DNA of 64,000 nucleotides from Ostreococcus lucimarinus (Eukaryota): NCBI GenBank assembly GCA_000092065.1, contig CP000599.1; one strand, 5' to 3'. Shown piece by piece: positions 51,191 to 62,105 of this stretch (position 1 is its first letter; each line of letters starts with the position of its first letter). The notes under the pieces were generated by a model. It saw only the letters and a program-made list of their open reading frames with translations, ran no database searches and was not told where the DNA came from. The position numbers and the translations under genes were made by a program.

Positions 51191-54055
51191 ATGTCGCGAC
51201 GGTCGAGCTCGGGGATGCCGGGACTCGGATCGCTGAGCTCGGCGGACAAGACGAAGGCGTCGACGATGCGGTTGTTTCAAAAATCGCTGCGAGACATGAT
51301 CACGGGCATTCGCAGTCACAAGGATTCGCAGAAGGAGTTTATAAATAAATGCCTGAGCGACATACGCGCGGAGGTGGTGAGCTCGGACATCAGGACGAAG
51401 GCGGTGGCGATCGAAAAGGCGACGTACCTGCACTCGCTCGGGTATTCGATGCACTGGGCGTCGTTTCACGTGGTGGAATTGATGTCGACGACGAACGTAA
51501 AGTATAAGAGAATCGGATACTTGGCGGCGTGTCAAAGTTTTGGGGACGACACGGACGTGGTGCTGTTGATTCCTAATTTGTTGAAGAAGGATTTGGCGTC
51601 GCCGAATCCCGCGGAGGCGGCGCTGGCGATTTCGTGCCTGGGGAACATCGTGACGCCGGAGTTGTCGCAGACGCTCGTGGCGGACGTGTACTCGCTGTTG
51701 AACAATCATAAGCCGGATTTGCGACGACGAGCGTGCTTGTGCCTGTACAAGTGCTTCTTGCGATATCCCGAGGCGCTGCGACCGTCGTTCGCGCGATTGA
51801 CAGAATGTCTGGACGACGACGATCAATCCGTGGTGCAGGCGGCGGTGACGGTGCTTTCCGAGCTCGCCATGCACAACCCGAAGACGTACCTACCGCTCGC
51901 GCCCAAGTTTTATAAACTCTTGACGTCGAGCTCGTCGAATTGGATGACGATCAAGCTCGTGAAGGTTTTCGGCGCGCTCACGCCGCTCGAGCCGCGACTG
52001 GCGAAGAAGCTCGCGGGGCCGATCTCGGAGATTCTCGAAACCACCAACGCCAAGTCGTTGATGTACGAGTGCGTGCGCACGGTGGTGATGGGGATGACGA
52101 GTCAAGAAAAGGTCGTCCGCCAAGCGGTGGACAAGCTCAAGGATATGTTGGAGGATCACGATCCAAACATCAAATTTTTGGCGTTGCACGCGTTGACGTT
52201 TTTGCTCGATTCGCACCCGCGCATCGTCGCCGAGCACAAGGGGAACATCTTCGAGTGCCTCGACCACGAAGATTCAAACATTCAATACTGTGCGTTGAAA
52301 ATTGTGTGCGGTTTGGTGACGAAGCGCACGCTCATCGACACCACGGCGCACTTGATGAACGCCATGGGCAAGGCGGATCAACGCTTCAGGGACGAACTCG
52401 TGTTGAGCGTGATTCACATCTGCATGAACGAGCGCTACGCCTTGGTGACGGATTTTGTGTGGTATCTTTCCGTCCTCGCGGATCTCATTCGTGTCCCGTG
52501 CTCGTCTCACGGCGCGCTCATCGGTGAACAAATCATCGACGTGTGCTTGCGCGTCGAGGTGATTCGCGAAGCCGCGGTGGGCATCTTGGGCCCGCTCTTG
52601 CTCGATGACTCATTGCTCGAGCAATCCAACGTCAACAAGACCGTGCCCGGAGCGCTCAAGGCCGTGGCTTGGGTCGTGGGCGAGTATGCGCACTACGTTG
52701 TCGATCACGAAGAAATTCTCGACGCGTTGCTGAGCCCGCAAGTCAAGCAACTCCCGGGCGACGCGCAAGCGGTCTACTTGCAAACCATCTTCAAGGTTTA
52801 CGCCAGTGCGGTGCTGATGTACTCTCAGGGCATTCGCCCCACGGGCGCCTTGGGTGCGCTCCCGGCACCGGCGACGGAGCCTTTGATCGAGCTCGCCGAA
52901 AACGGCGGTGAAGACGGCGGCGCGGCGAGCGCGCCGACGCCGGGCAAGTTGGTTCCCGAATCCGAGGACCTCGTCGTGTTGCGTCAAAAAGTCTCGCGCG
53001 CGATCGAGCCGTTCACTACGAGTTTTAATCTCGAAGTTCGCGAGCGAAGCTGCCAACTGCAGCAAATGCTCGTCATCGTCGGCTCGTCCGAGGACAAGGA
53101 ACCGGGCTCGGGAATCGCCATAATCGAAGCTTTCGCCACGGTTTTGAGCGAAGAGATCCAACCGGTGAGTGTCAAGGCGCAGCGTAAGATCGACATCCCC
53201 GCCGAGCTCGGCGCGGACGAACCGATGAGCGCGGAGTGGGACTACCTACTCGTCAGCAGCGACGACGAGGACGACGACGAGTACGCGAGCAAAAAGGGCA
53301 AGAAGAACAAAAAGAACAAGAAGAAGGACAAGATGGCCAAGGAGATTCGCGACGTCACCGAAATTTTCGGTGCGAAGAAGAGCAAGGAACAAATCGCTCG
53401 CGAAGAGCGAGAATCGCGCGAAATGCTCGCCAAGCACAGGGAAAAGATGGGGCAATACTATCTTGAGGGCGACGCCGCGGGCGACGAGAAGAAGAAGTCG
53501 AAATCGCCTAAATCTCTCCCCGGTCCGGAGTCTGCGACGATGAACGCGCTCGAAGCTCGATTGGCGAATTACAACGTTGGCCAAGCGGAACGACCGACGA
53601 TCAAGGGCGAAAGCGAAAGCGAGAGCGAGGAGGAGGAAGTGCCGACGGGGCCGAGGAAGGGCAAGCATTACGATCCCAAAGTCGCCTCTTCGCAGTTGCA
53701 CGGCGAGCTCGGAGCGTACAACCCCATGAAACCGCTCGATCGCGGTGAGCACTTGCCATCAGTCGAGGCATACCCACGATTCGATCCGTATTCAAAGGAC
53801 GACGCGGCATTCAACGCGTTTTCCCCGGACGCGGGCAAGCACCACAAGTCTTCAAAGGAGAAAAAGTCGAAGAAGGACAAGTCCAAGTCGAAGAAAAAGA
53901 AGGCGAATGGCGAAGGTATCGACGAAGCCGGCGCTAGCAACAAGGGGGGCTCAAAAGAGAAGAAGGCGAAGAAGGAAAAGAAGAGCAGCGAGAAGAAGAC
54001 GAAGGCGGCGGACGTCGACGGCTTGGCAAAATCGCTCCTAGACGCCGCAGTGTAA
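51191..54055 (+). CDS. AP3D: AP-3 adaptor complex delta subunit
   Basis: N-terminal adaptin trunk FQKSLRDMITGIRSHKDSQKEFINKCLSDIRAEV...KRIGYLAACQSF matches the AP-3 delta signature. Lys-rich hinge/ear as in AP3D1. ATG at 51191; the upstream 101 codons of the listed ORF begin at GTG and are junk. Confidence 0.85.
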   Translation: MSRRSSSGMPGLGSLSSADKTKASTMRLFQKSLRDMITGIRSHKDSQKEFINKCLSDIRAEVVSSDIRTKAVAIEKATYLHSLGYSMHWASFHVVELMSTTNVKYKRIGYLAACQSFGDDTDVVLLIPNLLKKDLASPNPAEAALAISCLGNIVTPELSQTLVADVYSLLNNHKPDLRRRACLCLYKCFLRYPEALRPSFARLTECLDDDDQSVVQAAVTVLSELAMHNPKTYLPLAPKFYKLLTSSSSNWMTIKLVKVFGALTPLEPRLAKKLAGPISEILETTNAKSLMYECVRTVVMGMTSQEKVVRQAVDKLKDMLEDHDPNIKFLALHALTFLLDSHPRIVAEHKGNIFECLDHEDSNIQYCALKIVCGLVTKRTLIDTTAHLMNAMGKADQRFRDELVLSVIHICMNERYALVTDFVWYLSVLADLIRVPCSSHGALIGEQIIDVCLRVEVIREAAVGILGPLLLDDSLLEQSNVNKTVPGALKAVAWVVGEYAHYVVDHEEILDALLSPQVKQLPGDAQAVYLQTIFKVYASAVLMYSQGIRPTGALGALPAPATEPLIELAENGGEDGGAASAPTPGKLVPESEDLVVLRQKVSRAIEPFTTSFNLEVRERSCQLQQMLVIVGSSEDKEPGSGIAIIEAFATVLSEEIQPVSVKAQRKIDIPAELGADEPMSAEWDYLLVSSDDEDDDEYASKKGKKNKKNKKKDKMAKEIRDVTEIFGAKKSKEQIAREERESREMLAKHREKMGQYYLEGDAAGDEKKKSKSPKSLPGPESATMNALEARLANYNVGQAERPTIKGESESESEEEEVPTGPRKGKHYDPKVASSQLHGELGAYNPMKPLDRGEHLPSVEAYPRFDPYSKDDAAFNAFSPDAGKHHKSSKEKKSKKDKSKSKKKKANGEGIDEAGASNKGGSKEKKAKKEKKSSEKKTKAADVDGLAKSLLDAAV

Positions 54056-54341
54056 TTCGTTGTTCATGCACGATCGACGTCATTATCGTGACTGATCGTG
54101 TCGCAGGTCGCTCGTTGACGAAGTGTCCACCGTATCACCGTTTCATGTGACCATTAGTCGTGCTGCTGTTGCTGTGTATTAATTACTACCCCACGTTATC
54201 GTGAAAAATGACCGCTCGTCTCCCAATTCAAATTTCATTTTCGCGACGAAAAAAACGCCCGCACAGCGCACACTTTGACGCTCGGCATCCGTGCGACGCG
54301 TTCTGCAACTATTTACAGCACCGACGCCCGCACGAACAGTC

Positions 54342-55014
54342 ATGACAGTGACGTGGGCCGATGCAGGAAATGCCAGCGCGAAGCTCACACTCGAGGACGT
54401 TCGTGGGTGGGCCGTGGAGTATGGGTTCGTGAAGACGAGCGTGCCGTCCGATCGTCCGATCGCCCAACGCGTCGATCTCGCGGCGTTTTTCAAGGTTTAC
54501 AACACGAATGCGTTTTCAACGTTTAAAGATAAATTCAAGAAGAAGCGATTGAAACCGCCGAATGAGACCCAGGTGAGCTAACTGCGGGCACTCGACGTCT
54601 CCGGCGGCGCGATCGACTGAGCGAACACACGACTGACGGGTTTCGTGAACGTAGGATGCTGACGATGACGACGACGACGAGTTGACAGAAGAACAAATCG
54701 CTACTTTTCTATCTGAATATGAACAACACAAAGACTACGAGACGCTCAAGTGGCGATACGTCAAACGTCCAGGAGCCCAAGCTGCGCGCACAGAAGCGTG
54801 GTACGGATGCTACGGCCCGACTCAGTACCTCAAACACGGCGAGAACAAGGAGAAAGCTCCTGTTTGGCGAGAAGACGGATCCATCGATTACGGTGGACGC
54901 GCGAAATGGGACGCCTGGGACGCGTGTAAAGGAATGACTGAGCAGGAAGCCAAGATTGCGTTCGTGCGCGCCATTCGCTCGGCTTTGGCGGCTCCGCACG
55001 AAAACTTTTACTGA
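54342..55014 (+). CDS. acyl-CoA-binding (ACBP) domain protein; exons 54342..54572 and 54655..55014
   Basis: Exon 2 carries the ACBP signature GRAKWDAWDACKGMTEQEAKIAFVRAI (compare KAKWDAWNELKG). The intron 54573..54654 starts gtgagc, contains cgactgac, and ends gaacgtag. Exon 1 is ORF 54291.. from ATG 54342. Confidence 0.5.
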
Positions 55015-55108
55015 CAACTGCCTCATGCCTTCCTGGCCAACGTGCGTTGCTTTGTGGCCACTTGAACAATCTTCTCTTCGACCTGTCACGTGGTGAAAAA
55101 TGCGCTGG

Positions 55109-58100
55109 TTAGTCCACGAACTTTATTAATGAGACAAGACGCACCTTTAAGCCTTTTCGCCGGCGCACCGAGTCCATGAGTTGTCGTGCTATGTTGGGTC
55201 CGACGTCACCCTCTTCACCGTATTCTTCTCGCTCTTCTTCCGTGGTCGGCGTAAAAAATGGATCCATATCTATGGGGCTCCAGTGACTAAATACTAATTG
55301 CGCTGTGGACGCCCCTGAGGTTTGCGCGCGGAGCTGATCGACAAAGCCAAACGCCGTCGCCACCGGCAGGTAGGCGTGGATCACGAACACCCCCGTGCCC
55401 TCGCGAATGGTCTCCGACAACACTTGCGATCGGCGTTTACCGAGCACGGCGTAAGTACCTCCGAGTGCGTCCGCAGTGGTAGTGATGACCGCCAAGTACA
55501 TCGCCTCGACAAGACGCGTTCCGGCCTTGAGCACGGCTTTGCGAATCGCGTCTCGAACCGCATTGATGATTTGACCCGAGAGCGGACCAAACTGATCGCC
55601 ATCTGTATCTTCGACGGTACGGTCGTCATCTTCATTGCCTCGATTCACGGCAACGTTCAGCGTTATCTGCACTCCAGTCAGCGGTTCGTCGCAGAGCGGG
55701 CCGCGATCGGTCGCCATCTGAAATCCCGTCAACACGCTTCCTTGCACCGAGTTCAAATCAAAATCAGCCGCGACGTCTTCTGGCGGAGACCCGTCCATGT
55801 CATAGGGCTTTCTCACCCCGAGCGCGACGCCCACGTTAGCGTGGCCAAACTCCTTCTCTTCATCATCCACGTCTACGGTGTACGTGCCGACGTTGAGCAC
55901 GTTTGATCCTACGCGCTTCGGTCCTAGAGCCCACGCCGAACGAAATGTATCCTCCACTACTCCTTCGGGACCTTGCTCATCGTACGTAGCCGCTTCGCGC
56001 GCTGCCGTCACTTTCTCAATGAATGCTTTGGCGAGCATTTTGTTCTCGTCGCTTTCGGTGTCTTTGGCGAGCAATATCACCTTGAGCGCATCCGCAGAAT
56101 CATCCACCGCGCGAACGATGAAGTTGTGAATGGGTTTCGCCGTGCACGTAAACGTCAGACGTCCATTCGCCGTCGACGACGACGCCGTACCCGTGGTCGT
56201 GACGCCTTCGCGGAAGGAAATGATTGGCGGGGACACACGTATGGGAACCTTGGCGAATCGCTCGCGCAAATCCGCGACGCATCGCTCGAGATGCACTTCA
56301 CCCGCCGCCGCGACGACGTGCTCGCCCGTGTCCATCACGCTCACCTCGACAAAGGCGTCAGCTCTATTCAACAGCCGTAAACCTTCGACGAGAGCGTCCA
56401 TGTCGGTCACGTTTTCGGGTTCAACCGCCACCTTCACGATCGCCGACGCCTGAAACATCATTTCCCCAAACGGCGGGCACTCGAGCGAAGACGAGAGCGT
56501 GGCGGACTTTAAAATCGCCCTGTCCAAGCCGCCAATGGCGAGCAAGTTTCCGGCGGGAACTTCATCCACCTTGAACATCCCTTGACCCATCATGAGGTAC
56601 AGCTCGGTAAGCTCCACTTCTTCGATGTTCGACGCGTCATAATCGCTCGGGTCGTGCTGAGAATTCAACACGTAGAGCTTGTCGCCTTTTCGTACCGTGC
56701 CCGAATAAATTCTCGCAAAGGCTAAAAACTTGACGTCGCCACCACCCGCTTCGGTGAGCGCACCTTGGACGTGTACCTTGGGCACAGCTATCATCTTACA
56801 GACGAAAATGATCTTGGGCGCGTCATCCGAAGCCTTACCTGCGATTACCGCGCGTCGGGCCTCGTCCAAGCCTTTCGGGCGCGCGCCACGCAGTACGGGC
56901 TGTGGCATGACTCGATTGACGCGTCGCGCCGCGGCGGCTACTGGATTCGGCACGCAATTCACCACCATCTCTAATAAACACGATGACATCGGAAGCCAGG
57001 CACGCATGACGCTCTGTAGAGCCGCTCGACGATCCGTGTTTTTCAGCTCTCGCTCGCCCACGTCCACCTTGAGTGCTCGAGCGAGGGTGGCCAAATCCTT
57101 TTCCACCCACTCGCCGTTTTTTTCGCTCTCCGCCGTGCGATAGATCTTCCAGATCGGCTCCAAAATGCACTGCACGAACAAAGGTTTAAGTTTCCCGTTC
57201 GCCACTTTGCGACTGACGATCCGTTTCATCTTCGGGTGGTAATACCAATCTCCGCACAGCGCCTTGGTCAACGCCGCGGACGAGCACCCGAGCTTTTCGG
57301 CGTACAAATCCGCGAACGCGTCTGGGCGAAACGCCCATCCATCGATCGCGCTCCCAAACGCCACGTTCCCGCTCGCGATGTTAAACGCCTCTTCCTCATT
57401 CACTAAATCTTCTTCGTCTTCGAGATAATCACACGTCGTCGTCGTCGTCGTCGCGTCGTTCTCGCCGCCGTTTTCGCCCCTTCCCTCCTCGTGCGCGTCG
57501 AAGGCGCTCAAAAAAGTATCCGCCTGCGATATAAACTTTTCGCTCTCAAACGCGCTCATCAACCCGTTCACCTCGTGCAACAACGACCGTATTCTCTCGT
57601 ACGCTTCCATCGGCGTGTAACCGAGCTCGACACACACGCGATCGAGCTTATTAAATACCAAGCACGGCTTCAATCGTTCCTCCCACGCCTGTCGCAGCAC
57701 CGCGTGCGTCTGCACGCACACCCCCTCCACGACGTCCACGACGACCAAGCACCCGTCGCTCAGCCGCGCCGCCGCCGACACTTCGCTGCAAAAATCCACG
57801 TGTCCCGGCGAATCGATCACCGTTATCAGCACTCGCTCGACGATTTCTTCGCCGCCCTCGTCGCCGTCGCGCTTTTTCTCGCGCGCCGCCCTCGGCGTGT
57901 ACAGCAGCGCGATCCCCGCGCTCTTCATCGTGATCCCTCGTCGCTGTTCGTCCTCGTGAAAGTCCATGTACCGCATCTGTCCCGCTTGCTTTTGCGATAT
58001 GAACCCGTTGTGCGCCACGAGCGCGTCCGTGAGCGTCGTCTTGCCGTGATCGACGTGCGCGAGCACGCACACGTTTCGGCACTGCGCGCCGTCGTCGCGC

Positions 58101-58141
58101 GCGAATCGCAGCGCGTGCAGCGCTTTCACGGCGTCGTCCAT
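55109..58141 (-). CDS. EFL1: elongation factor-like GTPase 1 (EFL1/Ria1; 60S subunit maturation, EF-2 family)
   Basis: G1 motif AHVDHGKTTLTDAL and EF-2-like domains II-V, with the large insertion characteristic of EFL1 (~1010 aa). ATG (MDDAVKAL) is the reverse complement of 58139-58141. Confidence 0.8.
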   Translation of the reverse strand: MDDAVKALHALRFARDDGAQCRNVCVLAHVDHGKTTLTDALVAHNGFISQKQAGQMRYMDFHEDEQRRGITMKSAGIALLYTPRAAREKKRDGDEGGEEIVERVLITVIDSPGHVDFCSEVSAAARLSDGCLVVVDVVEGVCVQTHAVLRQAWEERLKPCLVFNKLDRVCVELGYTPMEAYERIRSLLHEVNGLMSAFESEKFISQADTFLSAFDAHEEGRGENGGENDATTTTTTCDYLEDEEDLVNEEEAFNIASGNVAFGSAIDGWAFRPDAFADLYAEKLGCSSAALTKALCGDWYYHPKMKRIVSRKVANGKLKPLFVQCILEPIWKIYRTAESEKNGEWVEKDLATLARALKVDVGERELKNTDRRAALQSVMRAWLPMSSCLLEMVVNCVPNPVAAAARRVNRVMPQPVLRGARPKGLDEARRAVIAGKASDDAPKIIFVCKMIAVPKVHVQGALTEAGGGDVKFLAFARIYSGTVRKGDKLYVLNSQHDPSDYDASNIEEVELTELYLMMGQGMFKVDEVPAGNLLAIGGLDRAILKSATLSSSLECPPFGEMMFQASAIVKVAVEPENVTDMDALVEGLRLLNRADAFVEVSVMDTGEHVVAAAGEVHLERCVADLRERFAKVPIRVSPPIISFREGVTTTGTASSSTANGRLTFTCTAKPIHNFIVRAVDDSADALKVILLAKDTESDENKMLAKAFIEKVTAAREAATYDEQGPEGVVEDTFRSAWALGPKRVGSNVLNVGTYTVDVDDEEKEFGHANVGVALGVRKPYDMDGSPPEDVAADFDLNSVQGSVLTGFQMATDRGPLCDEPLTGVQITLNVAVNRGNEDDDRTVEDTDGDQFGPLSGQIINAVRDAIRKAVLKAGTRLVEAMYLAVITTTADALGGTYAVLGKRRSQVLSETIREGTGVFVIHAYLPVATAFGFVDQLRAQTSGASTAQLVFSHWSPIDMDPFFTPTTEEEREEYGEEGDVGPNIARQLMDSVRRRKGLKVRLVSLIKFVD

Positions 58142-58445
58142 CGCGACGCAGTCCGCGCTCGGTCCTCGGACGCGCCTTCCTCGCCCCGGCTCTCCGCTCT
58201 CCGCTCTCCGCTCTCGGCTCTCGGCCTCGGCCTCGCCGCCGTCTGTCGCCCGCGCGCGCGCGCGTTCGTTAGCGCGCCGGTCGCGCGGGCGTCGCGTCGT
58301 CCGCGGTTCGCGGTCTCGCACTTTTTCACGCATTGAAGACGCATGTAGACCGATGTGTGTGTGTACATCCCCATATCATAATATATAACACACGGACACG
58401 CGTGGCCGTCCGCGACGCGTCCGCGACGTCGCGATTTCGCGCGCG

Positions 58446-58533
58446 TCCGGGGCGCGGCGCTGGACCCTACCTGATTTATGTATGGACGTCCGGGGTGCGG
58501 CGCTGGACCCTACCTGATTTATGTATGGACGCG
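58446..58533. repeat. 44-bp tandem duplication in an AT-rich island
   Basis: tccgggg[c/t]gcggcgctggaccctacctgatttatgtatggacg twice. Confidence 0.85.
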
Positions 58534-59159
58534 CCGTGTCGACGCGTCGCGTACGCGAGACCACGCGAGCGGTATCAATCACCGCGTTCGCGTCGATCCA
58601 TCCTCGCCCGCGTCCCGGCGATCCGTCGGACGGCCGCGGCCGTTGGCGTCGCGTCGACGCCGACGCGACGACGGAGCGCGACGCGCGATGGGCGCGAGGG
58701 CGCGCGCGCGAGACGCGAGACGAACGACGCGCGCGTTCGTCGCGATTCTCGCGCTCGCGCTGCGCGCGGCGACGACGCCCGCGGCGGTGCGCGCGACGCG
58801 AGCGACGAGAAGACGGACGAAAGACGACGACGACGACGAAGAAAGACGCGACGACGACGAGGGACTGACGGACGGACGCGACGACGCAGGGAACGACGCT
58901 GCGATGGCGAAAATTACACGCGTGGGGGGAGAACAAGCTCGGGGAACAGGGACGAGGCACGGTGCGGACGAAACGCCGAAACGCGACGCGACGGGACGAC
59001 TGACGAGACGCGCGGCGCGGCGGCGAACAGGCGACGAGCGCGGGGACGTGCGCGGAGGGAGAGCTGCCGGAATTAGGATGGGATCTGAACGGTGCGTCGA
59101 ACTGACGGTGCGCGCGTTGATCCAGCGGCGAACTGACGGTGCGCGCGTTGATCCACGAC

Positions 59160-61834
59160 AGAGACGGTGTCGCGCGTCGTCGCGGGCCTGGACCACGCCG
59201 TGGCGCTCACCGCGCGAGGCGAGGCGTACGCGTGGGGGAGCAATCGATGCGGACAGCTCGGCACGGGAGACTTTATAGATGCGCTCACGCCACAAAGGAT
59301 TTTGAGCTCGCACACGATCGTGGACGTCGCCGTGGGCGTCGAACACACGCTCGCGCTCGCGAGCGACGGCGCGCTCTTGGCATTCGGGTGCAACACGCGA
59401 GGCGCGCTCGGGATCGGGTCGGCGAATTTAGGCAGGCACGCGACGCCGCAAACGGTGACGTCGGCAGAGACGTTCACCGCGATAGCCGCGGCGGGCGCGC
59501 ACAGCGTAGGACTCACCGAACAAGGGGCGGTGTACACGTGGGGGGCAAACAACCAAGGCCAGCTCGGTGCGTCTCGCTTTTTCGCTCGCGCCGCGACGAC
59601 GCGCACGGCGCGGACGGACGACTGACGACGCGCGCGACGAACAGGGCTCGGTGGATGCGTTTTTCCGGGCGGCCCGGGACGGGATCCGTGCCTGAACGAC
59701 GTGCACACGGTGAGAGAAACGAACGCTTCGCGTCATGATTTATTAATTAATTTTTTTATTTCGCAGCCCACGAAAGTGCTCGTGATGAACGACGGGCTCG
59801 TTTTACCGCCCATTAAATTAATCGCCGCCGGCGGAGGCACGTTGGCGGGCGTGGCGCGCGTTCCCATCGGCGGACACACCGTGGCGGTGGCGAAATTAGA
59901 TAATTCAGTGTACGCGTGGGGCGATAATTTTGCCGGACAGTTGGGTACGTCATCAGAGCGCGCCTCGAGCGATTCTGACGTTTCCACAGGCGTGCCGCAG
60001 GTATACTTCAACGCGTCGTCATCCGCGTACTTTAACAACACTCCGACGTACACCCCGAACAAGGTACGGCGCATTTTTCTCGCGCAGGATGCACATTTAA
60101 TTAATTAATTAATTCGCAGTACGACGCGACTACCGGAGAGTATTACAACCGTCACGAAAAACCCATGGTCGTGCACGCACACGCCATCGTCGTCGCGAGC
60201 GGCACCAGCGTGCAAGCGAATAAGACGATTCTCCCGGCGATCAAGCAAATAGACGCGGGGATCGCGCACACGATTATGCTACTCGAGACGGGTGAAATTT
60301 TCACGTGGGGGGACAATTACTACGGTCAACTCGGGCTCGGATACGCGTCGCGTCAGAACACGCCGCACATGTTCTACGTCACGCGCTTTCGCGACGTTCC
60401 GCAGATGATTGACAAGCCCACGCGCGTGAAGAAGTTTGACTTTGTCGAAGAGACGGTGGTGAATTCTGTACCGATTAATTATACCATCACCGGGTACGTT
60501 TCGCGCGGAATCAACGCCCAAGAATCGGTGACGAATCGTACCTTTACTGACTCCGTTCGCGCGTAGGACGATAAAGGAAGAGGGCAACGCGATATTCACA
60601 CAGGTGCGAAATTAATTTTGATTAATTTAATTATTTCTCGTCGAGAAGCGCGCAAAGACTGATTGAGCGCGCTCTGCGCGGCGTATCACGCAGGTCAGCG
60701 CCGGTGGTCACGTCTCCATGGCGATCACGTCCAACAATAAGCTATTCATATGGTACGTGCGACCGCACGCCGCGACCACCAACGCAGCCGCAGACTGACG
60801 CTGAAATTTTCGTTTTCTCGCGCGCAAGGGGCGATAACTCTGAGGGTCAGCTCGGCGCTTGTGGATGCGGAGGATGCGTCGCGTACGACGCCGCGGACAC
60901 GGGCGTATGCACAGTCAATTCCACGGCAGCGTGTCCATGTAATTGCGGGGGACAAGGCACGTGCGTGTACACCCCTGCTTCGGCGGCGAACAACTTTATC
61001 GCGACAAACGAAGGTAAATGCGTCACCTACGGCACAGGCGCCGAGGCGGTGGCCAAGTGCAATTGCGCTAAAGGCGCTCTAAATCCTACTCTGAACCCTC
61101 CCCGGATGGTGGGGCAGATAAGTCTCATGGATGAACCGATGGTGTCTGATTTGAGCTACGAAAAGCAGTTCACGACGGTGACGTACGCGAGCGCCGGTGG
61201 CGGCGCCATGTTCGCCATATCCGAATCCAACTGCAAAGACGACGCTGACGGCGTCGTGTGCTCTGGACGAGGACAGTGCTTAGCTGATGGTTCGTGCAAC
61301 TGTAACGACGGCTCTGGTGGACCGACGTGTGAGAACGTGTGCCCGCTGGCGACGGATGAGGACGAGGCGCTATTCTCCCGATACGGTCTCGACGAAAACA
61401 TCGCCGGTGAAAAGTGCGCGGGCCACGGTACGTGCGATCCAATCACCGCGGAGTGCATTTGTGACCCCGGCTTTTTCGGCCCGCGCTGCACGTACATCTG
61501 CCGTCGCGATGCAAACCTGAAAGTCTGTTCCGGGAACGGCACGTGCGTCTACAACCCCGAAACCTCCTCGTCGCCCTACTGCGAATGTGACCGCTTCCAA
61601 AATCCGGGAGAGTGTGCGCAGCGTGGTCTACAGCTCTATCCTCAAGGTTGGTGCAGCTTTCACGGTGGTGAAGCCACGGGAGGCTTTGCGAGCTGTTTCG
61701 TCGCCGGCGTTTGCGGCGACTGCGAGAGTCCCGCCGCGGGACGCTTCGATTCGCCCCTCGTCCTCGTCCTCTTGTTCGCCGCCGTCGTCGTCTTCGTCTT
61801 CGGCGACGATTCGCATCGAGACGGCATCGCGTAA
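59160..61834 (+). CDS. mosaic RCC1-repeat plus EGF-like-repeat single-pass membrane protein; multi-exon (at least 5 introns), 5' end unresolved
   Basis: Exon-sized ORFs encode successive RCC1 blades (HAVALTARGEAYAWGSNRCGQLG; HTLALASDGALLAFGCNTRGALG; HSVGLTEQGAVYTWGANNQGQLG; HTVAVAKLDNSVYAWGDNFAGQLG; HTIMLLETGEIFTWGDNYYGQLG; ...LFIW|GDNSEGQLG). Cys-rich EGF/tenascin-like repeats follow (CSGRGQCLADGSCNCNDGSGGPTCEN; CAGHGTCDPITAECICDPGFFGPRC; CSGNGTCVYNP), then a TM helix PLVLVLLFAAVVVFVF. Introns at roughly 59567-59766, 59943-59987, 60067-60122, 60493-60692 and 60750-60824 all start gtacgt or gtgcgt and carry actgac near the 3' end. Confidence 0.6.
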
Positions 61835-62105
61835 ATCTTTGAATATCTTCCCTCGTTCGTCCGAGCGTGACTTGTAATCCACGCACGCAAGCACGCGAAC
61901 GCCCGGCTCGCCCGCGCGCCGCGGCTGCGCTTTGGACCAGTCGAGCGCGAGAATCGCTCGAACCGACACACTCGAGCGCTCGTCGCCGCGCGCGAGCGGG
62001 CACCCGCGCGAAGACGCGACGGAAACGAAACAAACGATCACCGGGACGTGTCGACGCGCGATTCTCGCGCGATAACGACGCGTCGAACGCGCGCGACGTT
62101 GCGAA

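Noticed and set aside
59139-59738. Arg-rich 199-aa ORF upstream of or overlapping the first RCC1 exon as the true 5' exon
   Set aside because: No RCC1 or other motif, and GC-frame composition. The 5' exon structure of the RCC1-EGF gene is left unresolved rather than forced.
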